NCBI GenBank assembly: GCA_035287045.1
Contig: DATECF010000116.1
Coordinates: 16,098 to 80,097, forward strand
Length of the DNA stretch: 64,000 nt
Reading direction: 5' to 3'
DNA from: Gemmatimonadales bacterium
Lineage (GTDB): Bacteria > Gemmatimonadota > Gemmatimonadetes > Gemmatimonadales > GWC2-71-9
Positions 55,439-64,000 of this stretch are shown here, in pieces. The notes beneath the pieces are model-generated. The model made no database searches, was not told the DNA's origin, and was given only the letters and a program-made list of their open reading frames with translations. The translations under genes and the position numbers were made by a program. Position 1 is the first letter of the stretch. Every line of letters starts with the position of its first letter.

Positions 55439-56251
55439 CTAGAGCGCCGCCAGCTCCGCGCCGCAGCGCTCGCAGTACCACTCCGTCGGCAGGTTCATCG
55501 TCCCGCACTCTTTGCACTTGAGCGACTTGGTCGCCTTGCTCGAGCGCGGCGTGGCCCCCTTCTTCGCGTCCGGATCGGCGAACCCCTTGCTGGGCGGCTC
55601 GGCCGCCACCGGTTCATGAATCGCCCGCATGGCGCCGCTGGCGCGTCCCGGCGCCGGCCCCTGCGATTCGTCCTCGGTGACCGAGCGAAGGAACGCCAGT
55701 TCGTCCTCCGCGGCTGGGCGGGCGGGTTCCTTCCGCAGTTCTTTCCTCGGGGGCTCCACCGTCTTTGACGCCTTGACTGGCTCCACGACACGGGCCCGGG
55801 GAGGCGGCGCTGACGGCACCTCGATCAGGGACATCACCTCATCGAGACGCCCGATCTCATCGTCGGACTGCTTCAGCTCCTCGCGCACCTTCACCAGCGC
55901 GCCCAACAAATCGGTATGCACCTGCCGCCATTGGGCCTCGTCGTACTCCCCCACCGCGTGGCGCAGCTCCGCTTCGGCCAGCCGCTCGGCGGCTTCGGCC
56001 TCCTGGCGCCCGAGACCGGCGCGGGTGCCCTCCAGCCGATCCATCGTGGAGTGCAGGTCGCTTTCGTGCCCCTGCAGCTCCTTCATCACCTCCGCGAGAC
56101 GCTTCTCGTAGTCCGCCCGAACCCGAGCCCGCACCTGCTCGGGCGTGGTGTCGGACGCCATCGAGAGCCGCTGCAGCCAGGTCTGAATCTGCTGCCGCTC
56201 GTCCAGCAGCCGCTGGATGGCCGCCGTCGCCTTGGAGAACCCTCGTGCCAT
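55439..56251 (-). CDS. Hypothetical coiled-coil protein with C-terminal zinc ribbon
   Basis: E/R/L-rich helical N-terminus; CKECG-x9-CERCG at the C-terminus. Confidence 0.75.
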   Translation of the reverse strand: MARGFSKATAAIQRLLDERQQIQTWLQRLSMASDTTPEQVRARVRADYEKRLAEVMKELQGHESDLHSTMDRLEGTRAGLGRQEAEAAERLAEAELRHAVGEYDEAQWRQVHTDLLGALVKVREELKQSDDEIGRLDEVMSLIEVPSAPPPRARVVEPVKASKTVEPPRKELRKEPARPAAEDELAFLRSVTEDESQGPAPGRASGAMRAIHEPVAAEPPSKGFADPDAKKGATPRSSKATKSLKCKECGTMNLPTEWYCERCGAELAAL

Positions 56252-56370
56252 TCCGCGCCCTCTCGTCGGGTTCAGTGACCTCGGTCCCTGCTTACAAGAT
56301 AGCAACAAGACTGCACATCGGGACATACCAATCGTTGTGGTACATCGCTAACATGTTGTCTCTTAATATG

Positions 56371-57660
56371 TTATGCAGCATCACCTCGAAACACTGTTAA
56401 GCCTCCGACGAAGGTTCGCAGCACCCGGCCGTTCAGGTCGCGGCCGCCAAAGGGCGTGTTGCGACTCTTGGAGTAGAACGCGGCTGGGTCCACACGCCAG
56501 CTCGCGTCCGGGTCAACCACCACCACATCACCGGGAGCCCCCCGTTGGAGGCTGCCGCCCGGCAGGTGAAAGACCCGGGCCGGGGCCGTGCTCATCCGGT
56601 CGATCAACTCCGGTAGCGTCAGCGCCCCGCCCCGCACCAGCTCGGTGAGCCCCAACCCCAGCGCCGTTTCCAGACCGACGATGCCGAACGGCGCATCGTC
56701 GAACTCGCGCTCCTTGGCGTCGTAGTGATGCGGGGCGTGGTCGGTGGCGATGACATCAATGGTGCCGTCCTTGAGGCCCGCGCGCAGCGCGGCGACGTCG
56801 GCGGCCTGGCGGAGCGGCGGGTTCATTTTGGCGTTGGTGTCATAGCCCTCGCAGGCTTCATCGGTCAGGGTCAAATGGTGGGGCGTGACCTCGGCCGTCA
56901 CCCGGACACCCTTTTCCTTGGCACGCCGGATCAGCTCCACCGAGCCGCGGGTGGACATGTGGCACAGGTGAATGTGTCCCCCGGTCAACTCGGCCAGCAG
57001 GAGGTTCCGCGCCACCATGATTTCTTCCGCCGCCGCGGGGATGCCGCGCAGGCCCAGGCGGGTGGAGACCAGCCCCTCGTGCATGACCCCGTTGGCCTTG
57101 AGCGTGGGATCCTCACAATGGTCCGCCACCGGGATGTCGAAGGTCCGGGCGTACGACAATGCCATACGCAGGAGGTGGCTCGACGTCACCGGATGTCCAT
57201 CATCGCTCACTGCCACGGCCCCCGCCCCAACCAGCTCGCCGAACTCGGAGAGTTGCTGACCCTTCTGCCCCAGGGAGATCGCCCCAATGGGATAGACCCG
57301 TGCCGCACCCGCAGCCTGGGCCTGCTTCACGATGAACCCCACGGCGGCCTGGTTGTCGGTGACCGGATCCGTGTTCGGCATGGGACACACCGCGGTGAAG
57401 CCACCAGCCGCCGCGGCGCGGGCTCCCGTCGCCACGGTTTCCACGTCTTCCCGCCCCGGCTCGCGCAGGTGCACATGGAGGTCAATCAGACCCGGGGCGA
57501 CGACCTTCCCCCGTGCGTCCACCACCTCGGCGCCGTCGGGCGCGCTCAAGGCCGGCCCCAGGCCCGCGACCCGGCCATCCGCCAGCAATACGTCGGCCAC
57601 GCCGTCATGTCCCTGGGAGGGGTCGATCACCCGGCCCCCGCGGATCAACACCGGCTTCAT
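56371..57660 (-). CDS. pyrC: Dihydroorotase
   Basis: [35 protein letters not shown]. Confidence 0.96.
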   Translation of the reverse strand: MKPVLIRGGRVIDPSQGHDGVADVLLADGRVAGLGPALSAPDGAEVVDARGKVVAPGLIDLHVHLREPGREDVETVATGARAAAAGGFTAVCPMPNTDPVTDNQAAVGFIVKQAQAAGAARVYPIGAISLGQKGQQLSEFGELVGAGAVAVSDDGHPVTSSHLLRMALSYARTFDIPVADHCEDPTLKANGVMHEGLVSTRLGLRGIPAAAEEIMVARNLLLAELTGGHIHLCHMSTRGSVELIRRAKEKGVRVTAEVTPHHLTLTDEACEGYDTNAKMNPPLRQAADVAALRAGLKDGTIDVIATDHAPHHYDAKEREFDDAPFGIVGLETALGLGLTELVRGGALTLPELIDRMSTAPARVFHLPGGSLQRGAPGDVVVVDPDASWRVDPAAFYSKSRNTPFGGRDLNGRVLRTFVGGLTVFRGDAA

Positions 57661-58631
57661 TCGCCAACCTCCGCCGAGCGTCCCTTGGCCGCCTCGGCCA
57701 TATCCGGCCGGCCCCCGGCGAGGAGGTACAGGACGGCCATGCGGACCGCCACTCCGTTGGTCACCTGGCCCAGAATCACACTGTGGGGGCCGTCGGCGAC
57801 CCGGGAATCGATTTCCACGCCGCGGTTCATCGGCCCGGGATGCAGGATCACCAGGTCCCTGGGGGCTCTCTCCAGCCGCTCCACCGTCACCCCAAAGACC
57901 CGGTTGTACTCGCGGAGCGATGGCAGGTAGCCCGCGTGCATCCGCTCGAGCTGAATCCGCAGCACGTTGAGCGCGTCGGCCCACTGAATGGCATCCTCGA
58001 TCCGGCGGAAGACGCTGACACCCAGCTCTTCGATCCCCAGCGGGAGGAGCGACGCCGGCCCGCACACGGCCACCTGAGCACCGAGCTTGAGGAGGCCCCA
58101 GATGTTGGACCGGGCCACCCGGCTGTGCAGGATGTCGCCGCAGATGCACACCTTGAGGCCCTCGATCCGGCCGAACTTGTCCCGCAACGTCAGCAGGTCC
58201 AGGAGTCCCTGGGTGGGGTGCTCGTGGGTGCCGTCACCGGCGTTGACCACGTTGGACCGGATGCGGTCGGCCAGAAATTGGGCGGCTCCGGATGACGGGT
58301 GGCGCATCACCACCATGTCGATCCGCATGGCCTCGAGGTTCCGGGCGGTGTCCACCAGGGTCTCGCCCTTTTCCACCGACGAGCCGGCGGCGGCCACGTT
58401 CACGGTGTCCGCGGACAGGCGCTTCTCGGCGAACTCGAAGGAGATACGGGTCCTGGTGGAGGCTTCGAAAAACAGGTTGACGATGGTCTTGCCGCGGAGC
58501 GTGGGGACTTTCTTGATGGTGCGCTCGCTGACTTCTTTGAAAGGTTCTGCGGTATCGAGAATGAAGCGGATTTGATCGGCGGTGAGTGGCTCCAGGGCCA
58601 GCAGGTCCTTCCCGAGGAAACGTTCCGTCAC
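57657..58631 (-). CDS. pyrB: Aspartate carbamoyltransferase catalytic subunit
   Basis: [35 protein letters not shown]. Confidence 0.97.
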   Translation of the reverse strand: MTERFLGKDLLALEPLTADQIRFILDTAEPFKEVSERTIKKVPTLRGKTIVNLFFEASTRTRISFEFAEKRLSADTVNVAAAGSSVEKGETLVDTARNLEAMRIDMVVMRHPSSGAAQFLADRIRSNVVNAGDGTHEHPTQGLLDLLTLRDKFGRIEGLKVCICGDILHSRVARSNIWGLLKLGAQVAVCGPASLLPLGIEELGVSVFRRIEDAIQWADALNVLRIQLERMHAGYLPSLREYNRVFGVTVERLERAPRDLVILHPGPMNRGVEIDSRVADGPHSVILGQVTNGVAVRMAVLYLLAGGRPDMAEAAKGRSAEVGE

Positions 58632-59191
58632 CGACCCCCACCTCCTTCCCCACGAACCAGCTCCACCGCGTCCCGGCCATCCACCTCCTGCAGGAACACG
58701 TCCACCCGGTCTCCCGGTTGCGCGCGCACGGTCTTGCCCACGATGTCCGCCTGGATCGGCAGCTCGCGGCCGCCGCGGTCAATCAACGCCGCCAGCCCGA
58801 TCCGCGCCGGCCGGCCGAAGTCGGCGACTTCATCCAGCGCGGCCCGCACGGTCCGGCCGGTGTAGAGCACGTCGTCCACGATCACCACGCACCGGCCGTC
58901 CACGTTTTCCGGCAGGTGGGTTTCCCCCACCACCGGCCGGGGCCCGATCGTGCCCACGTCATCCCGATACAGGGTGATGTCCAGCGTGCCGCGCGGGACC
59001 GAGACCCCTTCCCTCGCCTCGATCAACCGCGCCAGGCGCTCGGTGAGCTCCGGACCACGGCGGTGGATACCCACCAGCACCAGGCGGCCGGTCCCCTCGG
59101 CGAACTCGACGATCTCTTTTGCCATGCGCTGGAGCGCCCGCTGCACGCCGCGGGCATCGAGGAGAGCGTTGCGCGTTCCGGCAACGACCAT
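58628..59191 (-). CDS. pyrR: Pyrimidine regulatory protein / uracil PRTase PyrR
   Basis: [37 protein letters not shown]. Confidence 0.96.
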   Translation of the reverse strand: MVVAGTRNALLDARGVQRALQRMAKEIVEFAEGTGRLVLVGIHRRGPELTERLARLIEAREGVSVPRGTLDITLYRDDVGTIGPRPVVGETHLPENVDGRCVVIVDDVLYTGRTVRAALDEVADFGRPARIGLAALIDRGGRELPIQADIVGKTVRAQPGDRVDVFLQEVDGRDAVELVRGEGGGGR

Positions 59192-59222
59192 AGCTGGAGG
59201 ACAAGCTAATCCCTCCCTCCAC

Positions 59223-59254
59223 CAATCCGCAATGCGAAATTCACAATCCACAAT
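59223..59254. repeat. 7-bp-period CAATCC(G/A) repeat, about 4.5 units
   Basis: CAATCCG CAATGCG AAATTCA CAATCCA CAAT. Confidence 0.6.
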
Positions 59255-59292
59255 GGAAGGAGTCCGGCCTCTCGTGTATAATGGCTGCCACT

Positions 59293-60219
59293 ATGGGACT
59301 CATGCGAACGGCCCTGCTCCGCGCCTCACAGAGTCGCTGGCTCCGCGATCAGGTACGCGATCGCCGCTTCGTGCGGCGCGCCGTCTCCCGGTTCATGCCC
59401 GGCGAGGACGTCGAGTCGGCACTGCAAGCCGCTCAGCGATTCGTCCAGCAGAACCTGACCGCCGTGCTCACCCAGCTGGGCGAGAACGTGGCCGACGCCA
59501 ACGAAGCACGCGCCGTGGGCGGGCATTACACCGAGGTGCTGAACCGGATCCAGGCACTCAAGCTCCCGGCGCATGTGTCCGTCAAGCCTACCCAGCTGGG
59601 CCTCGACCTGAGCCCGGACCTATGCCTGGAGCAGCTGACCGCGCTGGTGGCGCACGCGGCCAAGGTGGGGACCTTCGTCTCCATCGACATGGAGGGTTCC
59701 GCGTACGTGGACCGCACGCTGGACCTCTACCGCAAGCTGCGCCCCGAGCATCCCAACGTCGGGATCTGCCTCCAGGCGTACCTGCACCGTACGCCGGACG
59801 ACCTCGACCGCCTTGGATCCCTGCAGCCCACCATCCGGCTGGTGAAGGGTGCGTACAACGAGCCGGCGAGCATCGCCCTACCGAAAAAGCGCGACGTGGA
59901 CCTTCGCTACTTCGAGCTGGCGCAACGCCTCCTGGCCGCCACGCCCCGTCCCCCGCAGCCCCACGGGTTCGGCACCCACGATGTGGGCCTCATCGAGCAC
60001 ATCTGCCACCACGCCCGTTCGTCCGGCGTGCCCAACTCGGCCTTCGAGCTGCAGATGCTCTTCGGCATCCGGGCGGCGGACCAGGTGCGCCTGGCCCGGG
60101 CCGGCTACGCGATGCGGGTCTTGATCAGCTACGGCAGCTACTGGTTCCCCTGGTACATGCGCCGCCTGGCGGAGCGGCCGGCGAATATCTGGTTCGTGGT
60201 GAAGTCGATGTTCGCGTAA
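59293..60219 (+). CDS. Monofunctional proline dehydrogenase
   Basis: SVKPTQLG, IDME, LQAYL, RLVKGAY, GTHD, ELQMLFGI, YMRRLAERPAN; TATAAT at 59277-59282 argues against the ATG at 59281. Confidence 0.93.
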   Translation: MGLMRTALLRASQSRWLRDQVRDRRFVRRAVSRFMPGEDVESALQAAQRFVQQNLTAVLTQLGENVADANEARAVGGHYTEVLNRIQALKLPAHVSVKPTQLGLDLSPDLCLEQLTALVAHAAKVGTFVSIDMEGSAYVDRTLDLYRKLRPEHPNVGICLQAYLHRTPDDLDRLGSLQPTIRLVKGAYNEPASIALPKKRDVDLRYFELAQRLLAATPRPPQPHGFGTHDVGLIEHICHHARSSGVPNSAFELQMLFGIRAADQVRLARAGYAMRVLISYGSYWFPWYMRRLAERPANIWFVVKSMFA

Positions 60220-60226
60220 GGACGGA

Positions 60227-60268
60227 GGATGGAAGGGGATGGAGGGCGATGGAGGGGGATGAACGGCG
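60227..60268. repeat. Exact 42-bp copy of the right arm of the nuoH-nuoI hairpin
   Basis: GGATGGAAGGGGATGGAGGGCGATGGAGGGGGATGAACGGCG identical to 4271-4312. Confidence 0.9.
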
Positions 60269-60440
60269 TGGGACGCGCCGCAGGCCGCGCTTGTGGCCTC
60301 ACATGACCGTGGTCCTACCGCTGCACGTGAGGCGTGGCCCCAACGGGTGACGTGAATAGCCCGGCAGGCTGCCCCACTTCCTGCTGGCCTCAGCGATCCG
60401 CAACTGCCGCCACCGCCGCCGGTCGTTATAATGCTCCCGA

Positions 60441-60527
60441 GGAGAGGTGTCCGAGTGGCTGAAGGAGCCGGTCTCGAAAACCGGTAGGCCCGTAAGGGTC
60501 TCGTGGGTTCGAATCCCACCCTCTCCG
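60441..60527 (+). tRNA. tRNA-Ser(CGA)
   Basis: GGAGAGG/CCTCTCC acceptor stem, anticodon arm CCGGT-CTCGAAA-ACCGG, long variable arm, GGTTCGAATCC T-loop; CCA not encoded; TATAAT at 60427-60432. Confidence 0.96.
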
Positions 60528-60550
60528 TCCCCCGCCCCCACCCGTTCCCC

Positions 60551-60677
60551 ACGGCATATGCCGTTATGCCGTCATGCCGTTATGCCGTTATGCCGTTATG
60601 CCGTCATGCCATTATGCCGTTATGCCGTCATGCCGTTATGCCGTTATGCCGTCATGCCGCTATGCCGCCATGCCGCG
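60551..60677. repeat. Tandem array of 15 ATGCCG(T/C)(T/C) 8-mers with one adjoining inverted unit
   Basis: Units counted from 60558 to 60677; ACGGCAT at 60551-60557 pairs with the first unit. Confidence 0.92.
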
Positions 60678-60691
60678 TATCTTGTCCCACC

Positions 60692-61123
60692 ATGTCCCAC
60701 GACCTGCTATCCCACTTCCCCGTGATCATCGAGCTCCCGGTCCAGTGGGGCGAAATGGACGCCTACGGGCACGTGAACAACGCCGTGCTGTTCCGATATT
60801 TCGAGTCGGCCCGAATGGCGTACTTCGAACGCTGCGGGTTCACCGGCTCCTACGAGCGGGACAAGATCGGGGCCATCCTGCATTCCACCAGCTGCCGGTT
60901 CCGCCGGCCGTTGTTCTGCCCGGACACCGCGCTGGTTGGCACCCGGGTTAGCGACGTTGGGGAAGACCGGGTGACCATGGAGTACCGCGTGGTCTCCCGA
61001 GCCCAGAACGACACCGCCGCCGAGGGCACCGCCATCATCGTGTCCTACGACTACAACCACGCTCGCAAGGCTCCCCTCCCGGCGGCGGTGCGGGAGGCGA
61101 TCATGAAGATGGAAGGCCGCTAA
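60692..61123 (+). CDS. Acyl-CoA thioesterase (4-HBT/YbgC hotdog fold)
   Basis: WGEMDAYGHVNNAVLFRYFESAR, CRFRRPL. Confidence 0.92.
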   Translation: MSHDLLSHFPVIIELPVQWGEMDAYGHVNNAVLFRYFESARMAYFERCGFTGSYERDKIGAILHSTSCRFRRPLFCPDTALVGTRVSDVGEDRVTMEYRVVSRAQNDTAAEGTAIIVSYDYNHARKAPLPAAVREAIMKMEGR

Positions 61124-61210
61124 CCGCACCTGCCCTCCCTGCCACATCTGCCTCGCCTCGGCGTATATATTGAATGAACGGGCGCCCAACCCCCGCCCCG
61201 CTTCGACGCC

Positions 61211-63067
61211 ATGACCACCACCTCTCCCGTCTCGCCGTTGCGCGAAACCCGCGATCACGTGGTCATCCGGTTCGCCGGGGACTCCGGCGACGGGATGCAG
61301 CTCACGGGGTCGCAGTTCACGGTCGAAACGGCGCTGGCCGGAAATGACCTCGCCACCTTCCCGGACTATCCGGCCGAGATCCGCGCGCCCGCCGGGACCA
61401 CCTTTGGCGTGTCGGCGTTCCAGATCCACTTCGGCGCCACCGACATTCGGACCGCGGGCGACGAGGTGGACGTGCTGGTCACCATGAACCCGGCCGCCCT
61501 CACCGTGAATCTGCGGGACCTGCGCGTGGGCGGCACCATCGTGGCGGACGTCGGATCGTTCACCGAGCGGAACCTGTCCAAGGCCGGGTACTCGGCGAAT
61601 CCGCTGGAAGACGGCAGCCTCACGCCCTATCAGGTCATCAAGCTCGACGTCTCCAAGCTCACGCTGGACGCCGTGGAACCCTTTGGGCTGGGCCAGAAGG
61701 ACGCCCTGCGCTGCCGCAACATGTGGGCGCTGGGGCTCATGCTCTGGATGTACGACCGCGACCGCCGGGCCACGGTGGATTGGCTCAATAAGAAGTTCTC
61801 CAAGCGACCCGAGCTGGCTCGCGCCAACATCGCCGCGTTGAACGCCGGCCACGCCTTCGGTGAGACGGCGGAGATGGCGGCGATCGTGGGTTACCGCGTT
61901 GCGCCGGCCGTGGCGGCGCCCGGCGAGTATCGCACGGTGAGCGGCACCGAGGCGCTCGCGTGGGGATTGCTGGCCGGCGTCCGGGCCGCGGGCCTGCGCA
62001 AGCTGTTCTTCGGCTCCTACCCCATCACGCCCGCGTCGTCGTTGCTCCACGCGCTCGCGGGGCTCAAGGCCCAGGGCGTCGTGACGTTTCAGGCGGAAGA
62101 CGAGATCGCCGCCATTGGCGCCGCCATCGGGGCGTCCTATGCGGGCGCGCTGGGCGTAACCTCCAGCTCGGGCCCCGGTGTGGCGCTCAAGGCCGAAGCC
62201 TTGGGTCTCGCCATCGCGACCGAGCTGCCGCTGGTGCTGGTGAACAGCCAGCGGGCCGGCCCGTCCACCGGCATGCCCACCAAGACCGAGCAGTCGGACC
62301 TCTACCAGGCGGTGCTGGGCCGCAACGCGGACGCCCCGCTGGTGGTGCTGGCCGCGGCCACACCCGGGGACTGCTTCCCCGTGGCCATGGAAGCCGTGCG
62401 GCTGGCCACGAAGTACATGACGCCGGTCATCCTGCTGTCGGATGGATACCTGGCGAACGCGGCGGAGCCGTGGCTCATCCCCAACGTGGACGAGTTGCCG
62501 ACGTTCCCGGTGGGCTTCCGGACCGATCCGCAGGGCTTCCATCCCTTCGTACGGGACCCCAAGACGCTGGCGCGGGCCTGGGCCATTCCGGGGACCCCCG
62601 GCTTGGAGCACCGGATCGGCGGGATCGAGCGCGATCACGACTCCGGTCACATCTCGTACGATCCGGACAACCACGAGCGCATGACCAAGGTCCGGGCGGC
62701 CAAGATCGCGGGCATCGCCCACGACATCCCGCTGCAGGAAGCGACGGAAGGTCCGTCGCGCGGCAACCTGGCCGTGGTGGGCTGGGGCTCCACCTACGGC
62801 CCGATTCTGCAGGCCGTCCGGCAGGCGCACGAAGACGGGATCGACGTTTCGCACATTCATCTCCGCTATCTGTCGCCGTTCCCGCGTAACCTGGGCCAGT
62901 TGCTCAAGGGCTTCGAGCGCGTGCTGGTGCCCGAAATGAACAATGGCCAGCTGGTCAACCTGCTCCGCGCCGCGTACCTGGTGCCGGCGCAGGGGCTCAA
63001 CAAGATCCAGGGCAAGCCGTTCAAGGTGCGCGAGGTGCTGGCCGCCATCCGTGGAGCGCTCGAATGA
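61211..63067 (+). CDS. korA: 2-oxoacid:ferredoxin oxidoreductase subunit alpha
   Basis: FAGDSGDGMQ, YPITP, QAEDEIAA, SSGPG, QRAGPSTGMPTK. Confidence 0.93.
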   Translation: MTTTSPVSPLRETRDHVVIRFAGDSGDGMQLTGSQFTVETALAGNDLATFPDYPAEIRAPAGTTFGVSAFQIHFGATDIRTAGDEVDVLVTMNPAALTVNLRDLRVGGTIVADVGSFTERNLSKAGYSANPLEDGSLTPYQVIKLDVSKLTLDAVEPFGLGQKDALRCRNMWALGLMLWMYDRDRRATVDWLNKKFSKRPELARANIAALNAGHAFGETAEMAAIVGYRVAPAVAAPGEYRTVSGTEALAWGLLAGVRAAGLRKLFFGSYPITPASSLLHALAGLKAQGVVTFQAEDEIAAIGAAIGASYAGALGVTSSSGPGVALKAEALGLAIATELPLVLVNSQRAGPSTGMPTKTEQSDLYQAVLGRNADAPLVVLAAATPGDCFPVAMEAVRLATKYMTPVILLSDGYLANAAEPWLIPNVDELPTFPVGFRTDPQGFHPFVRDPKTLARAWAIPGTPGLEHRIGGIERDHDSGHISYDPDNHERMTKVRAAKIAGIAHDIPLQEATEGPSRGNLAVVGWGSTYGPILQAVRQAHEDGIDVSHIHLRYLSPFPRNLGQLLKGFERVLVPEMNNGQLVNLLRAAYLVPAQGLNKIQGKPFKVREVLAAIRGALE

Positions 63068-63095
63068 CTTGCACGAGCTCGTCCGGAGAATCGAC

Positions 63096-64000
63096 ATGAC
63101 CGTCGCCACGCCAACGAAGGAACCGCTCGCGCCCAAGGATTACGCCTCCGACCAGGAAGTCCGGTGGTGCCCGGGGTGCGGGGACTACGCCATCCTCAAA
63201 GCCATGCTCAAGACCTTGGCGGACCTGCAGGTGCCGCGCGAGCGCACCGTGTTCGTCTCCGGCATCGGCTGCTCCTCTCGCTTCCCGTACTACCTCTCCA
63301 CCTACGGCTTTCACACGATCCACGGCCGGGCGCCCACCATGGCCACGGGCGTCAAGCTGGCCAACCCAGACCTGGACGTCTGGGTCATTACCGGAGACGG
63401 CGACGGGCTGAGCATCGGCGGCAACCACATGTTGCACGTGCTGCGCCGCAACGTGAACCTGCAGATCATCCTGTTCAACAACGAGATCTACGGCCTGACC
63501 AAGGGCCAGTACTCGCCCACGTCGCGGCAGGGGACCAGATCGCCCTCGACGCCCGCCGGCTCGGTGGACTACCCGGTGTCTCCGGGGGCCTTCGCCTTAG
63601 GCGCCGGGGCGCGGTTCATCGCCCGCACCATTGACACGCTGCAGCCGCACCTGGTGGGCGTGCTCAAGCGCGCGCACGCGCACCAGGGGGCATCCTTCGT
63701 GGAGGTGTTCCAGAACTGCGTGGTGTTCAACGACGACGTGTTCGCCGACTTCACGGAGAAGACCGCGGCCCCCGCGTCCCAGCTGCATGTGGAGCACGGG
63801 AAGCCGCTCCTGTTCGGCAAGGCCAAGACCAAGGGTCTGCGACTGAACACCACCACGCTTCAGCTGGAGGTGGTGGAGCTGGGCCAGAACGGCGTCACCG
63901 ACAAGGACGTCGTGATCCACGACGAGCGTAACCGGGGACTCGCCGGGATGCTGCTGGCGCTCCAGCCTCCGGCGTTCCCCATGGCGTTGGGGGTCATCTA
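63096..64000 (+). CDS. korB: 2-oxoacid:ferredoxin oxidoreductase subunit beta (partial)
   Basis: Hand translation: WCPGCGDY, SGIGCSSR, HGRA, GDGD, NNEIYGLTKGQYSPT; runs off right edge. Confidence 0.92.
   Translation, partial: MTVATPTKEPLAPKDYASDQEVRWCPGCGDYAILKAMLKTLADLQVPRERTVFVSGIGCSSRFPYYLSTYGFHTIHGRAPTMATGVKLANPDLDVWVITGDGDGLSIGGNHMLHVLRRNVNLQIILFNNEIYGLTKGQYSPTSRQGTRSPSTPAGSVDYPVSPGAFALGAGARFIARTIDTLQPHLVGVLKRAHAHQGASFVEVFQNCVVFNDDVFADFTEKTAAPASQLHVEHGKPLLFGKAKTKGLRLNTTTLQLEVVELGQNGVTDKDVVIHDERNRGLAGMLLALQPPAFPMALGVI

Noticed and set aside
56371-58149. 592-aa dihydroorotase with N-terminal extension
   Set aside because: Extension overlaps pyrB out of frame; MKPVLIRGG at 57660 is the typical start
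59231-59246. Second Rex site near pyrR/proline dehydrogenase (ATGCGAA-A-TTCACAA)
   Set aside because: Half-site spacing is 1 rather than 4 and the sequence is part of the 7-bp repeat
60270-60420. Possible ncRNA between proline dehydrogenase and tRNA-Ser
   Set aside because: Only a 7-bp GCCTCAC/GTGAGGC pairing; no family signature recognised
60551-60677. 8-bp array as a CRISPR array
   Set aside because: Units are contiguous with no unique spacers, far shorter than CRISPR repeats, and no cas genes are present
60503-60691. Repetitive MPLCRYAV peptide extension on the thioesterase
   Set aside because: Product of reading the 8-bp array and the tRNA; homologous thioesterase sequence starts at 60692
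60441-60700. tRNA-Ser as an integration site for a prophage or island
   Set aside because: No integrase, no duplicated tRNA 3' end in the window, and housekeeping genes on both sides
60707-63136. 809-aa minus-strand ORF
   Set aside because: Antisense to the thioesterase and korA genes; no motifs
1-64000. Transposases, integrases, phage or defence genes
   Set aside because: Nearly all coding space is accounted for by the genes listed and no such motifs were seen

Overview
GC-rich bacterial chromosome segment, mostly core genome. Gene content and protein style suggest Gemmatimonadota (inference, no search run). Left to right: a complex I operon nuoA-M on the minus strand (nuoM cut by the window edge) with a candidate Rex operator between its promoter and nuoA; dcd; a peptide/N-acyl-amino-acid cluster (S9 peptidase, D-aminoacylase-family lipoprotein, two GNAT paralogs, MBL hydrolase, GntR, NSAR/OSBS-like racemase, M20 amidohydrolase); treT fused to a YHS domain plus a galT-like gene; a five-gene operon (isocitrate/homoisocitrate-type dehydrogenase, HMG-CoA-lyase-family enzyme, class III CoA-transferase, LeuC/LeuD-type aconitase pair) with no synthase; an APC permease and DUF5916-like protein; a long minus-strand run (scpA, scpB, rluB-like, Rossmann-fold unknown, moxR/DUF58/Bat cluster, mutL, miaA, bshA, uppP, birA, coaX, two membrane proteins, methyltransferase); rpsT; pyrR-pyrB-pyrC; proline dehydrogenase; tRNA-Ser(CGA); a thioesterase; and 2-oxoacid:ferredoxin oxidoreductase alpha and partial beta. 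No transposase, integrase, phage gene or CRISPR array was seen. The best candidates for undescribed biology are (1) the synthase-less aconitase/dehydrogenase/lyase/CoA-transferase operon, whose leader hairpin buries the first ribosome-binding site, (2) four families of short-period (7, 8, 9, 10 bp) repeats at gene junctions, including a 42-bp exact duplication about 56 kb apart, and (3) the expanded D-amino-acid acylation/racemisation cluster. All family calls come from motif recognition by eye. Many start codons were moved from the ORF track to match homolog N-termini and ATGA/GTGA coupling.
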